Assembly (NCBI GenBank): GCA_017533795.1
Contig: JAFWIH010000015.1
Span: 46,907-110,906 of the forward strand
Direction of reading: 5' to 3'
Origin: Clostridia bacterium
Lineage (GTDB): Bacteria; Bacillota; Clostridia; TANB77; CAG-508
DNA length: 64,000 nt
Below, piece after piece: positions 1 through 10,194 of this stretch (the stretch's first letter is position 1; every line of letters starts with the position of its first letter). The translations under genes and the position numbers were made by a program. The notes beneath the pieces are model-generated. The model saw only the letters and a list, made by a program, of their open reading frames with translations. It was not told where the DNA came from and made no database searches.

Positions 1-1583
1 GTCATAGCTAACATTATATTAATACTTTTAAAGATCGTTGCTATATAAAGTAATAATAAAATATTAACTATCATTAGAACGTACTGAAATAATTTATTAT
101 CACTTTTTTTAACAACAGCTTCTTCTGTTGCCCAATTTAAGTTTGGCCTTTTTAAATCTACTATTAGCATTAAATAACAATTAATTAGATTAATCATAAT
201 ACTTATTATAAAAATTATAAACATATATATTATCTTTATACTTGGAATAATATACCAAATTAGTCCTAATACAACAATAGTTGTTAACAAGTTAAGCATA
301 AACTGTGGAATATTTTTATATAAAAACTGTTTATATAAACTTACTGGTATATATTTAATCAACGTTGCATCTTTTCCATCTCTAGAAATAGCTGTTAATG
401 AAATATTAGATATTGAATACATAACCTGTAATATAATTAATATATCACAAACCACTTCTGTATTAAAACTCATATTTTCAATAGCTTTTTTAACTGTATC
501 GTCTTGCATTACATTCATCATCGTAGGATAAACACTTACAACTAATAGAATACAACTTATTAATAATGTAATTACAGGAAAAACACATTGCATAAAAAAG
601 CTAGGATTTCTTAATAATAGTTTAAATTCTTTTGTAGTATATGCTATTCCTATTTTGTTGTTTTTTACTTTTTTGTTGATATCTATTATTTTTTTCGTTC
701 CTTTTTTTCGTTCTATACTAGTTATATTTTTTAGTATATATTTAATATAAGTTATGTTTCCTACAAGTAAAAAAACTATTATCTCTATACTACAAATTGC
801 TAATATTTTAAGAAAAGAAACTACTGCTAAAATTTTTTCAGGACTTGCTAACATATTTATTGTTGGATTTACAATAAGTAGCATTCTGTTGATGTTTTGC
901 ATTCTATCTTGTATACTTATCATCTGATTAAAAGCATCTTCATTTGATTTAATATTAAATAAGTTGTTTAGCATTATATATTCCACTATTAATATTGTAA
1001 ATATTAAAAAAACAGTCATAAATATTTGAAATACTTCTTTGTTTCTAAAAAATCTTGAAAATTTCATAATTACAAAAGTAAGTATACTAATAGCACCTGA
1101 AACAAAGATTGGATAAATAAATATTGTTACTATTGCCCATATATAATATACAAAATTTGCACTTGTTATCATTCCATACAGAGTAAGCGGAACAACTGCT
1201 ATTATTCCCTCACTAAAATATAACATACATAATAAAGTTATAAATTTTGAAATTAAAAGTTCAACAGAGTTAATAGGCATATATAATACATTTTCTGTAT
1301 CTTTAGAAAAAAAGAAAACATTTGCACATGAAAGTATAACTTGAAAAGCTAAAAACATAGTTAATATTGGTAAATATAGGTTAATAAATATCTCACTTTG
1401 TCCTATATTTGTTAGAAATTTAATAATCTCATAACTTACATATCCTACAGCAAAAAATATTATAACAATTAACCAATAAAATATTGACTTTTTATTAAAT
1501 TTTTTATTTTTATTATCAAAAATAGGTAAGTTTTGATAATATTCTTTAATAAAAACATTTGTTAAACTAACTATTTTCTTCAT
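1..1583 (-). CDS. ABC-2-type transporter permease (polytopic membrane protein), 3' end runs off the window
   Basis: The minus-strand frame appears open from ATG (1583) to the window edge (translated by eye, spot-checked). Its absence from the ORF track, and of any fragment of 60 aa or more in 1-1566, fits an ORF with no in-window stop. Translation starts MKKIVSLTNVFIKEYYQNLPIF and is very hydrophobic. The start overlaps the stop of the upstream ABC ATPase. Confidence 0.6.
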   Translation of the reverse strand, partial: MKKIVSLTNVFIKEYYQNLPIFDNKNKKFNKKSIFYWLIVIIFFAVGYVSYEIIKFLTNIGQSEIFINLYLPILTMFLAFQVILSCANVFFFSKDTENVLYMPINSVELLISKFITLLCMLYFSEGIIAVVPLTLYGMITSANFVYYIWAIVTIFIYPIFVSGAISILTFVIMKFSRFFRNKEVFQIFMTVFLIFTILIVEYIMLNNLFNIKSNEDAFNQMISIQDRMQNINRMLLIVNPTINMLASPEKILAVVSFLKILAICSIEIIVFLLVGNITYIKYILKNITSIERKKGTKKIIDINKKVKNNKIGIAYTTKEFKLLLRNPSFFMQCVFPVITLLISCILLVVSVYPTMMNVMQDDTVKKAIENMSFNTEVVCDILIILQVMYSISNISLTAISRDGKDATLIKYIPVSLYKQFLYKNIPQFMLNLLTTIVVLGLIWYIIPSIKIIYMFIIFIISIMINLINCYLMLIVDLKRPNLNWATEEAVVKKSDNKLFQYVLMIVNILLLLYIATIFKSINIMLAM

Positions 1584-2304
1584 TTACTTGTGTTATCTCC
1601 ATAAATAATTCTTCTAAAGAAATATTTTCTTTTTTTGCTTTTCTTAACTCTTCAATTGTTCCAACAAATAGTAACTTTCCTTTATTTATTATGCCTATTC
1701 TATCACATAGTTTTTCTGCAATTTCTAATATATGAGTAGAAAAGAAGACTGTATTATTTAATCTTGCATGTTCTTTCATTTTGTTTTTTAAGTAAAAGGA
1801 CGACTTTGGATCTAAACCTGTAAGAGGTTCATCTAAAATCCAATTTTTAGGATTATGTAGCAATACCGAAACTATTATGATTTTTTGTCTCATACCATGT
1901 GAATAATTTTGAATTTTATCGTTTAGTACATCATATATGTCAAATTCTTTGGAAAGTTTTTCAATTCTTTCTTTTCTTTGAGTTTCAGGTACTTCATAAA
2001 CATCAGCAATAAAGTTTAAAAACTCTATCCCTTTTAGCTTTAAAAACATGTCAGGGTTATCAGAAACATATCCTATTTTCTTCTTTGCTTCTATTGGATT
2101 TGTTATAATACTATTTTTGTCAATTAAGATCTCTCCCTCATCTATGTCTAAAATACCTGTAATCATTTTTATAGTTGTAGTTTTACCCGCACCATTTGGT
2201 CCTAAAAAGCCAAAAATCTCGCCATCTTTTATATCTAAATTTATGTTATCAATAACTTTTTGCCCTTTTTTATATGATTTTGATATGTTCTTTAATTCTA
2301 ACAT
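1567..2304 (-). CDS. ABC transporter ATP-binding protein
   Basis: Walker A GPNGAGKTTT, signature-like YSHGMRQK, Walker B ILDEPLTGLD. Confidence 0.9.
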   Translation of the reverse strand: MLELKNISKSYKKGQKVIDNINLDIKDGEIFGFLGPNGAGKTTTIKMITGILDIDEGEILIDKNSIITNPIEAKKKIGYVSDNPDMFLKLKGIEFLNFIADVYEVPETQRKERIEKLSKEFDIYDVLNDKIQNYSHGMRQKIIIVSVLLHNPKNWILDEPLTGLDPKSSFYLKNKMKEHARLNNTVFFSTHILEIAEKLCDRIGIINKGKLLFVGTIEELRKAKKENISLEELFMEITQVNEENS

Positions 2305-2330
2305 TTTATCAGCTCCCGCATATAATACCT

Positions 2331-3185
2331 TTACAATACACTATATTCTTTTCCTGCATTTCCAGGTTTTATTCTTACTTCTCTTTCATCATTCAAAGTT
2401 ACAACATATTCTTGATCACTTTTTCCCTCTATTTTAAGTATTTTACCGTTCTTATACTCTTCTCTATTCTGATTTTCAAAAAGTAGTTTATTTCTATAGT
2501 CATTATAATACCATTCTATTATTTTAGCTTGTGTCACTTTTTCTTCAATGTTATACTTTTTTGAAAATATCATTTTCTCTTCTAAAAAATGTAATTCATC
2601 ATTATAAATCTCTGCCTTTATAGCAGTCTTTGAAATATCATTATCGTCAAATTTAAATAAATCATGCTTTTTAGTTCCATACTGTTCAATTGTATAATTA
2701 TTATTTTTCTTGTTTCTATATAATATTATCTTAACTGTTTGTTTACTAATATTTCCTTCAGGAGCATCATTTATGTCGTCATACATTAAATATCCTTCTG
2801 TAAAGTAAAATGTTAGTTCATCATTATAATCTGCTTCATATACTTCTTCAACATTAAACAATCTAAGTTCCTTTGTTATTAGTTCTGGCATAGTTTGTGC
2901 TAAGCTTTCTATAACAGGGTCGCCTTCATTTGTTACTGTTCCTTGAAGTCTTTCAATTATATTGTTTATAGTTTGTTCAATATTATATGTTACATTAATA
3001 TCTTCTACTTTCTTTACTTCAATATCTTCTCTCACTGCTATTTTTTCTTCATTTGCATTATTATTTGGTTTATTGTTATTAGAAAATATTATTATACATA
3101 TAGTAGCTATTAATATAACTGCTATTATAATAGCTACTATTAATATGTTTTTATTTTTTAAAATTTTAATTATTTTATCTTTCAT
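2331..3185 (-). CDS. N-terminally membrane-anchored protein of unknown function (T4SS-like cluster A)
   Basis: Single N-terminal TM (ILIVAIIIAVILIATICIIIF). Tightly packed in the same strand array. No recognisable catalytic motif. Confidence 0.6.
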   Translation of the reverse strand: MKDKIIKILKNKNILIVAIIIAVILIATICIIIFSNNNKPNNNANEEKIAVREDIEVKKVEDINVTYNIEQTINNIIERLQGTVTNEGDPVIESLAQTMPELITKELRLFNVEEVYEADYNDELTFYFTEGYLMYDDINDAPEGNISKQTVKIILYRNKKNNNYTIEQYGTKKHDLFKFDDNDISKTAIKAEIYNDELHFLEEKMIFSKKYNIEEKVTQAKIIEWYYNDYRNKLLFENQNREEYKNGKILKIEGKSDQEYVVTLNDEREVRIKPGNAGKEYSVL

Positions 3186-3210
3186 CTTACCCTCACTATT
3201 TTGTGCTGTT

Positions 3211-4536
3211 TTATTCTATATTAAACGACATCACAAAATCCATATTATCTTTCAGTTGCATTACAATATTTAATTGTTTCCCAGAATTTTCATCTGATAT
3301 TGGAAACTCACACGTATAGTAATTATTAATTTTATCAATCTCATATGAATTATAAACATTAATATGTTCATATAAGTTTTCTGTTACATATTTTTTAAAT
3401 GTTTCTATATTATTAAACTTTTCTTGTTTAAATGTATCATCCAATAATTTATATGCACTTTCATAGTCCTCTGAGTTTATCATTTGTATAAATAAATTAC
3501 AATTTGTAGCAACCTTTTCTTTGTCACTCATGTTGTTATATTTCTCTGCAAGTTTTAAAGGTTTAACTGTATATGTATCTAGAAAAGCTGTATATTCTCC
3601 TGGATATTTTACATTAAAAATATAATAATGGTCATATCCATCTGCACAAATATATTGTGTATATTCATCATATTTTTCAACAGAATAGCTTTTAATTGTT
3701 AATTTATCATTTTTTTGTTTGAAATTATAAAATTCATTATAATTTTCAAAGTCTGTTGTATCTGATGTTTCTAATCTATATGCTATTTGTAATTTTTCCT
3801 TGTTATTATTTATAAAGTCTTTAAATTTTTCATATGTATCAAATCTTGCATTTTTATATTCTGTATCTAAAAAGTTATAAGCTTCTTGTGAGTCTACAAG
3901 CATCATTCTTATATATTCTGCATAGTATAACCTTGCAATAAGTTCTTCACTGCTATCTAAGTCAATATAATTAAAGAAATTATGCTTCTTACCCTTGATT
4001 GTTTTATTTTCATATTCTTCTATTTTTATTTGTTCTGATATTTTATTTTCATATTCTGTTTCATTTATTGGATAAATATCAAAAGTTTTATTTAATTTAT
4101 CCAGTCCAACCTTTAAAAATATCAATTTACCATCTATTTTACTTTTAACAACATATTCAGCATATTGATTCGTGTTTAATTCATACATTTCTAATGTTAT
4201 ATATGAATTGTAATTATCATACAATTCTATTTTTTCAAAAATATTATCATTATTTAACAGAGTTACATACTCTTCATTTAAATATGAATTGATTACATCA
4301 CTATTTTGGTTTTTTAATGCAGTCAAATATGCTTTTATTCTTTCATCAACAGTATAATATATCTTCGTATCAGTTGTTCTTTTAAATATTGGTATATTTT
4401 CTTCATCTGATGTTTGTATATTGTTAGTACCTTCTATTTTAGAGTTTTTGTTATTCAAGCTTAATAATACTAATAGTATTAAAATAATTATACATATCAA
4501 ACTTATTATCATTATGTTGATCTTTTTATTATTCAT
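3211..4536 (-). CDS. Membrane-anchored protein with two NTF2-like-looking repeats; VirB8/TcpC-like candidate
   Basis: N-terminal TM, then two similar modules (KAYLTALKNQNSDVINSYLNEEY... and LFIQMINSEDYESAYKLLDDTFKQEKF...). Sits next to the T4SS hydrolase. The family assignment is inference only. Confidence 0.45.
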   Translation of the reverse strand: MNNKKINIMIISLICIIILILLVLLSLNNKNSKIEGTNNIQTSDEENIPIFKRTTDTKIYYTVDERIKAYLTALKNQNSDVINSYLNEEYVTLLNNDNIFEKIELYDNYNSYITLEMYELNTNQYAEYVVKSKIDGKLIFLKVGLDKLNKTFDIYPINETEYENKISEQIKIEEYENKTIKGKKHNFFNYIDLDSSEELIARLYYAEYIRMMLVDSQEAYNFLDTEYKNARFDTYEKFKDFINNNKEKLQIAYRLETSDTTDFENYNEFYNFKQKNDKLTIKSYSVEKYDEYTQYICADGYDHYYIFNVKYPGEYTAFLDTYTVKPLKLAEKYNNMSDKEKVATNCNLFIQMINSEDYESAYKLLDDTFKQEKFNNIETFKKYVTENLYEHINVYNSYEIDKINNYYTCEFPISDENSGKQLNIVMQLKDNMDFVMSFNIE

Positions 4537-4564
4537 GCTGTATCCTCCTTATCTACTAGATATA

Positions 4565-7500
4565 TTATGGTCTTAAAACACCTTCTCCAAATATTTGATC
4601 TGCACATTGACATATTGATTCTACATACTGTGCTGCATAATCCGCTTCTTCTTGTAGTGAATGTCCATCACCTATATATGCCCATGAAGAAAATACATCA
4701 TAGATAGTAGACATATCTCCTTTAAATTTATTATTTACTGTTGAAAATCTTGCAGAATCAGCTCTATATACATCTGCAGAATCACCATTTCCGCTAAGTA
4801 TACCGTTAACATGTTTACACCATCCCTTAACACCACCTGATAATCCTTCATAATGTATTCCATCTTGCATTCCATTATAGACTCCTATGCCCCAATAATT
4901 GCCTGGTACTGGAGTATGCCAGTTTTGTTCTTGCCATGCTTGAGCAGCACAAAGTACTGGATTTAAGTGTTCTTGTATACATATGTCATATATCGTTCCT
5001 GCTCCATCTCTAAATTCTTGTGTATTATACTGAAAAGCTGCAGAATAGCTTTGTACAAGATTTACAAACTCTTCTTTGGTTAAAGTTGTTTCAGTAACAC
5101 TTAGTACTCCTCCTGAACCGCCTCTAGAGGAACTCGCTGAAGTCATTTGCATCAAGTCTTGAAAATCAAACTCTGTTACTCCGTAATTTATATTAGTTGC
5201 TTTGTATAGCAAATACCTAAATATCTGAAGTGTATTTGCAAGATTTTCGTTTTCTTCCATTATCTCAAATAGCCAATCTGTTGCACTCAAAATATTATTT
5301 TTGTTTTGTCTGTATTTCTGCTCATTAAATAATGTTACAAAGTTTGGTTTTGTTTTTTCATCATCTTTTATAATACCCTTTTGTGTTCCTGAAATATATT
5401 TTTCAGTTACAGTAGTATCCTCTGTTGCATCTTGTATTTCTACTCTTCTAATTCTGGTTTCCATAGTAATATCTTGTGTTACATCACCTTCACCTATATA
5501 TGATGGTTCACTCGGTACACTACTATTATTTGAACCTCCTGAAGATTTGCTTTCATTTCTATATTGCTTCATTTTTCCATCGTAATCGTTTTTAAGTCTT
5601 TTATTTACATCATCCACTAATTGTTTAATTGTTTGTCCTATAATATTACATTTATCATTATCGGAACCAACCTCAGTCCAGTCTTGAAGCAATTGATTCT
5701 TTAAGCTCTTACTTCCATTTTGAGTATTGCTTTCTGTAGGTGCTTTATTATACTCTTGTTCATAATCTGCAATCCATGTATTTGCTCTTGTTAATGCACA
5801 TACTGCTGAGTTTGTTCTTGTAACAACAGTTTTTGTAATATATCCATCATATTCATCTTGAGGATCACCATTACTATAATAATGAGTATGTCCTACTCGA
5901 TATGATATTTCATTATATCTAACACTTCCCCTTATTCTTGCATCTGTTACTTTTTTATACGTCCATCTGTCTATATCTGTAGTTGTTGTTAAATTATCAT
6001 ATATTCCAACTTCTAATTCGCTTTTATATGCTAAATCTGCTAGGTTCATTACAAAGTTTTTGCTTTGTCCTACAACTAGAAGTGACCATAAGAAATCAAA
6101 TTGTAATGTATAAGGCTGTACCATGGATTCATAGTCGATTGTTGTTGTGTTTAAAGTATATTCTGGTTGTGTATCTAGAGATACCCCAAATGATTTTCCA
6201 GCTTCTAAATCTTCAGCTCCACGATATGAAAGACTTTTATCAACCTCTTTATATGTTGCAATTACTGCTTCGTAACCAGAATTACTATTTGAACTACTGT
6301 TAGAAGTTCCTCTAGCTACTCCATCTTTTACTAAAGGTCCTCCTCCAATAAACTTTTCATTAAATGCTCTATCATCAACAGTAACAGAACTACCATCTGC
6401 ATGAACACGTTGACCATCTCCAAGATAAATTGCAACATGTCCTGATTCACGTCCATCTCCTGTATTATAAAATAGAACATCTCCTCTTTTTAATTGCGAT
6501 GGTTCTGTTATTAATGAACCTCCACAATTTTCTTTAACTGTTGGAAGCATATCACCTGGTGCACCACTATAGGTACCATATGAACATTGTCCATGAGGAA
6601 CTTCAAATCCTCCTTGTTCAAAAGCCCACCATACAAGTCCAGAACAGTTAAATCCTAATGCACCATTTTCCCAACCGTCGACATCAGCAAATGATCCTGT
6701 TGAATTATATGGTTGTCCAACCTGGCTTAAAGCTGCTTGAATAACTGGTTCTAAATCAGGTCCTCCAGAGTTATTTACTCCTGTACCTGAATCTGATTTA
6801 TTATCTGTTTTCGATGTAGAATTACCACTTGTACTTCCTGAATTAGAGTCCTGTGATGCTCCTCTTGATTTGTTTCCGTCTTCCCAGCCCCATCCAAGCC
6901 ATGCATTATGTTCATTTGTATCATTGGATGGTGCCCACTCATTAAGCGATATGGTTCTAACTATTCCTTGTACACTATCCATTACCTGACCATTGCCTAT
7001 ATATACACCAACATGTCCATATAAATGTGCTCCACTAGCTCCACTTCCTGTACTGTATACTGATGCTCCTATTGGTATATTTGTTCTATCTGTTGATACA
7101 CAATGAGCATCTTTTGCACAGCATGCACAATGAAGTCTTTCAGGTGCAATTCCTGCATTATCCCAAACATTATCTACCCATTCTAGGCAATGTCCAGCAG
7201 CTGTTGCAGGAGTATTTTTAGCTGCATTTACTAATCTTTCTGAAATATTAGCTATTGTTTCATCAGATACATCATTTGAACTTACGTGTCTAAAAATTGT
7301 AAACGTAATATGATTTCTAGGATCTTTACTTATTTCAAATAGCCTTGGATAATAACTCTCACCTTCTGTTGTCTGATAGCCAGCTTCATAAGCATCAGCA
7401 CTTGAAGTAGGATATTTTTTTCTTACTGCTTCATTACCTGTATATATAAGAATGTGTCCATATGGTTGTCCAGATAATAATACATCACCTGGTTGTAAAT

Positions 7501-9217
7501 TAGTTGGAGGATTTGGCCTTGTATACTCTCCTACGTCTTCCCATTCTGAAGAATTTCTTAAATATGTCCAAATATTAGGGGTTGTATTATATTCCATATT
7601 TGGATCTACTTTTGAATATCTTACTGCAGTTGCAACTGCCATATCACAGGATGCATAATCTCCACCATCAGAACTTTTTCCTTCAATTAAGCTTTCTCTT
7701 GCATCAATATATGCAGCTGTAGTACTGTTATAATCTCGAGTCCATGGCCATTGTGCTTTGTAAAGATTTTGATCTGGTGCTACTGCTACACTACATGCTA
7801 GTTCTACTGCCGCTTCTGCTATTGCTTTGCCACCTTTTCCTGATATTTTTGAGTTACTTTTTTTAGGCGACTTTTTTAATGTAAAATGTGTTAATGCTTG
7901 TTCTCTAGCTTTTTGATCACCATTTACATTGTATTCTTCTATCCATTTATAATATTCAGTTGGAGAAGCATATGTTAAATAATATTCATTTCCATCTTTG
8001 TCATGTCTTTTAAATCTTATAATTCCTTGTAGAGAATTAATTGAATTTGTAGATTTAGAAGTACTTGAGCTTTGAGTTGATGGTCTTATACTTGATAATT
8101 CATCAGCTGATAATTCGTATTCATTATCATTCTCTATTTTTGTATCATCTGTATTTGTCTCAGTTTTATCAGAATCTTCTACAATTTCATCACTTTTTTC
8201 ACTTTTGCCTAACTTGATCTTTCTCCATGGTATATCTTCTGATTGATTTTTGCTTGGAATATGTCCTCGAGTTGAAACATCTTCGTAGTTTACATTAGGA
8301 TCAGGCATTGGATTGTATTGGTCAAAAACAATTACTTTATTACCAGGGGCAATATTTTTAAATATCCATTCTGCATTTTCTTGTGAAACTCCACAGCAGC
8401 CTTGTAATGTATATCTTTGTTCAACAGGATAATCATCTGGATTGCTTTGATGAGCATATTCAAATGTCTGACAATCACAAGATCCATTTGCACATTTTTC
8501 CAAATGTCCACCATTAACAAAACATGTTGGCCACATATAAGATAATGCACTTCCATATGCGTTTTGATATTTTGGATCAAGTACTGTCCATACACCTTTA
8601 AATGAACGACTACGAGGGCCATCCCAGTCGTCTTTATGCCCCGGTTCATTGTAACCTTGAAATGAGTTACATGCTAAAACAAGTTTCCACTTATTATTTA
8701 CTTTTTGAAAAATTGTTAAACGACACTTATCACAGTCTATTAAACATTCATATTCCGTAGAAAGGCCATAGTGTTCTTCATAGTATTCAAGCTTATCTCT
8801 CATATGTAAGATGTACTCTGGTTCATCTCCAGCCCATTGGCTTGATGATAAACTTGAACTATTAAATATTGCATCCCAATTTATAGGTTGATCAACATTA
8901 GGCCTTGTATCTGGAAGCTGTGTAACTAATTCTGCATTCATAAGTCTTGCCAATTCATCTGGACCACTTAAATACTTATCTACATCATATCCGTTTTTTT
9001 TCATTTCATCCCATAATTCCTTAGCTGTCACTGCTGTTGAAAATGAACCATTTTCATTTATACTTACACTTTTTGTATATTGAGTTGCTGTTTGTGTTAC
9101 TTTTTTTACAATCCATTTCATAACAATATAAGTAGATGCAGATATTAAAACTATGCAAAGTATTATAGGTATTAAAATTATCAATAGTTTTTTTCCATGT
9201 TTTTTTAACTTTTCCAT
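4565..9217 (-). CDS. 1550-aa multi-domain cell-wall hydrolase: TM anchor, YkuD-like domain, three papain-fold (CHAP/NlpC-P60) domains, C-terminal GH73-like glucosaminidase
   Basis: N-terminal TM. YkuD-like region with the degenerate motif LQGCCGV. Cys/His pairs ASCD...GHILIY, GHCLEWV...GHVGVYIG and FNCSGLVWWAF...GHVAIYLG. C-terminal NPVLCAAQAWQEQNW...NYWGIGVYNG resembles the GH73 catalytic region. Confidence 0.8.
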   Translation of the reverse strand: MEKLKKHGKKLLIILIPIILCIVLISASTYIVMKWIVKKVTQTATQYTKSVSINENGSFSTAVTAKELWDEMKKNGYDVDKYLSGPDELARLMNAELVTQLPDTRPNVDQPINWDAIFNSSSLSSSQWAGDEPEYILHMRDKLEYYEEHYGLSTEYECLIDCDKCRLTIFQKVNNKWKLVLACNSFQGYNEPGHKDDWDGPRSRSFKGVWTVLDPKYQNAYGSALSYMWPTCFVNGGHLEKCANGSCDCQTFEYAHQSNPDDYPVEQRYTLQGCCGVSQENAEWIFKNIAPGNKVIVFDQYNPMPDPNVNYEDVSTRGHIPSKNQSEDIPWRKIKLGKSEKSDEIVEDSDKTETNTDDTKIENDNEYELSADELSSIRPSTQSSSTSKSTNSINSLQGIIRFKRHDKDGNEYYLTYASPTEYYKWIEEYNVNGDQKAREQALTHFTLKKSPKKSNSKISGKGGKAIAEAAVELACSVAVAPDQNLYKAQWPWTRDYNSTTAAYIDARESLIEGKSSDGGDYASCDMAVATAVRYSKVDPNMEYNTTPNIWTYLRNSSEWEDVGEYTRPNPPTNLQPGDVLLSGQPYGHILIYTGNEAVRKKYPTSSADAYEAGYQTTEGESYYPRLFEISKDPRNHITFTIFRHVSSNDVSDETIANISERLVNAAKNTPATAAGHCLEWVDNVWDNAGIAPERLHCACCAKDAHCVSTDRTNIPIGASVYSTGSGASGAHLYGHVGVYIGNGQVMDSVQGIVRTISLNEWAPSNDTNEHNAWLGWGWEDGNKSRGASQDSNSGSTSGNSTSKTDNKSDSGTGVNNSGGPDLEPVIQAALSQVGQPYNSTGSFADVDGWENGALGFNCSGLVWWAFEQGGFEVPHGQCSYGTYSGAPGDMLPTVKENCGGSLITEPSQLKRGDVLFYNTGDGRESGHVAIYLGDGQRVHADGSSVTVDDRAFNEKFIGGGPLVKDGVARGTSNSSSNSNSGYEAVIATYKEVDKSLSYRGAEDLEAGKSFGVSLDTQPEYTLNTTTIDYESMVQPYTLQFDFLWSLLVVGQSKNFVMNLADLAYKSELEVGIYDNLTTTTDIDRWTYKKVTDARIRGSVRYNEISYRVGHTHYYSNGDPQDEYDGYITKTVVTRTNSAVCALTRANTWIADYEQEYNKAPTESNTQNGSKSLKNQLLQDWTEVGSDNDKCNIIGQTIKQLVDDVNKRLKNDYDGKMKQYRNESKSSGGSNNSSVPSEPSYIGEGDVTQDITMETRIRRVEIQDATEDTTVTEKYISGTQKGIIKDDEKTKPNFVTLFNEQKYRQNKNNILSATDWLFEIMEENENLANTLQIFRYLLYKATNINYGVTEFDFQDLMQMTSASSSRGGSGGVLSVTETTLTKEEFVNLVQSYSAAFQYNTQEFRDGAGTIYDICIQEHLNPVLCAAQAWQEQNWHTPVPGNYWGIGVYNGMQDGIHYEGLSGGVKGWCKHVNGILSGNGDSADVYRADSARFSTVNNKFKGDMSTIYDVFSSWAYIGDGHSLQEEADYAAQYVESICQCADQIFGEGVLRP

Positions 9218-9246
9218 CTTTCACCTCATTTTATGCTAAGATATAA

Positions 9247-10173
9247 TTACAAATCTATTACAAATTCTTTTCTTGTATTTTCTGTTTTAAAATCTTCAAA
9301 TACAAGTTTTCTAATTCTTTTTGTTGAAATATATGAACTATAAAATTTAATATCAATTTGTCTAGAATGTCCTTTATCAATTGTTACCATCTCTTGTGTC
9401 AGCTCATTTATATATGGTCTATATTTTACCCCTTTAGAATCTTCTATATAAAAGCTATTATTTGCTAGAGTATCTAGCATAATTTTTGAATCTGAATTAT
9501 TTGTAATTTTTAAAGTATATATCTCAAAATTCATGTATGAATTTTTTTCAATCACATCTACTATTACATCATTATCCTTTTTTGTCTTTGACAATTCTTC
9601 ATATCCAATATAACTATTTATATTTAGTCTATACTCATCATTTTCTTCAACAACTGTAATATAATCAATTTTTTGTTCTTCTTTTGTTTTGGCTATTTTT
9701 CCTGTTGCAAGAGCATTTTCCGTAAATTTCACCATATATGTGTTATTGTCCCATTTTTCTATATCTGCTTCTTTCTCTTTATTTTCAAATGTACTAGCAT
9801 AGTATATATTAGAAAAATCTTCTATACTTGCAAACATTTCTTCCTTGCACTTATCTGTAAGCATATTATAGGCGTTTTCTAATTCTTTTTTATTGCATAA
9901 TGCAATAAATTGTTCTATTGTTACAACTTTAGAATTTTGTTTTGTAGTTTGTTTTTGTTCATCTGTAGCTGAATTTTGTGTTTGTACACTAGATTTTTGT
10001 TGACTATTTAATGAATTTATACTTTGCATTTTTGCTTGTTCAATTCTTCTCTGATTATTGCTTTTTGCTATTCCATTTGCCAATTGTAATAAAGCAAAAG
10101 CGAAGGCAATAATTATGATATACCTCCAAATTTTCTTTTTATTTTGATTATAATATCTTATAAGGTTATTCAT
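9247..10173 (-). CDS. Membrane-anchored NTF2-like plus Ig-like-looking protein (T4SS cluster A; VirB8-like candidate)
   Basis: Start moved to ATG 10173 (MNNLIRYY), behind GGAGGT. N-terminal TM, Q/S-rich linker, then a globular region. Function is inferred from position only. Confidence 0.5.
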   Translation of the reverse strand: MNNLIRYYNQNKKKIWRYIIIIAFAFALLQLANGIAKSNNQRRIEQAKMQSINSLNSQQKSSVQTQNSATDEQKQTTKQNSKVVTIEQFIALCNKKELENAYNMLTDKCKEEMFASIEDFSNIYYASTFENKEKEADIEKWDNNTYMVKFTENALATGKIAKTKEEQKIDYITVVEENDEYRLNINSYIGYEELSKTKKDNDVIVDVIEKNSYMNFEIYTLKITNNSDSKIMLDTLANNSFYIEDSKGVKYRPYINELTQEMVTIDKGHSRQIDIKFYSSYISTKRIRKLVFEDFKTENTRKEFVIDL

Positions 10174-10194
10174 AATTATTACCTCCATTTTATA

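Noticed and set aside
8332-8649. 105-aa same-strand, alternative-frame ORF inside the 1550-aa hydrolase gene. A similar case is 12459..12665, inside the VirB6-like gene.
   Set aside because: Nested out-of-frame ORFs with no RBS. The main frame has clear domain homology across the same bases.
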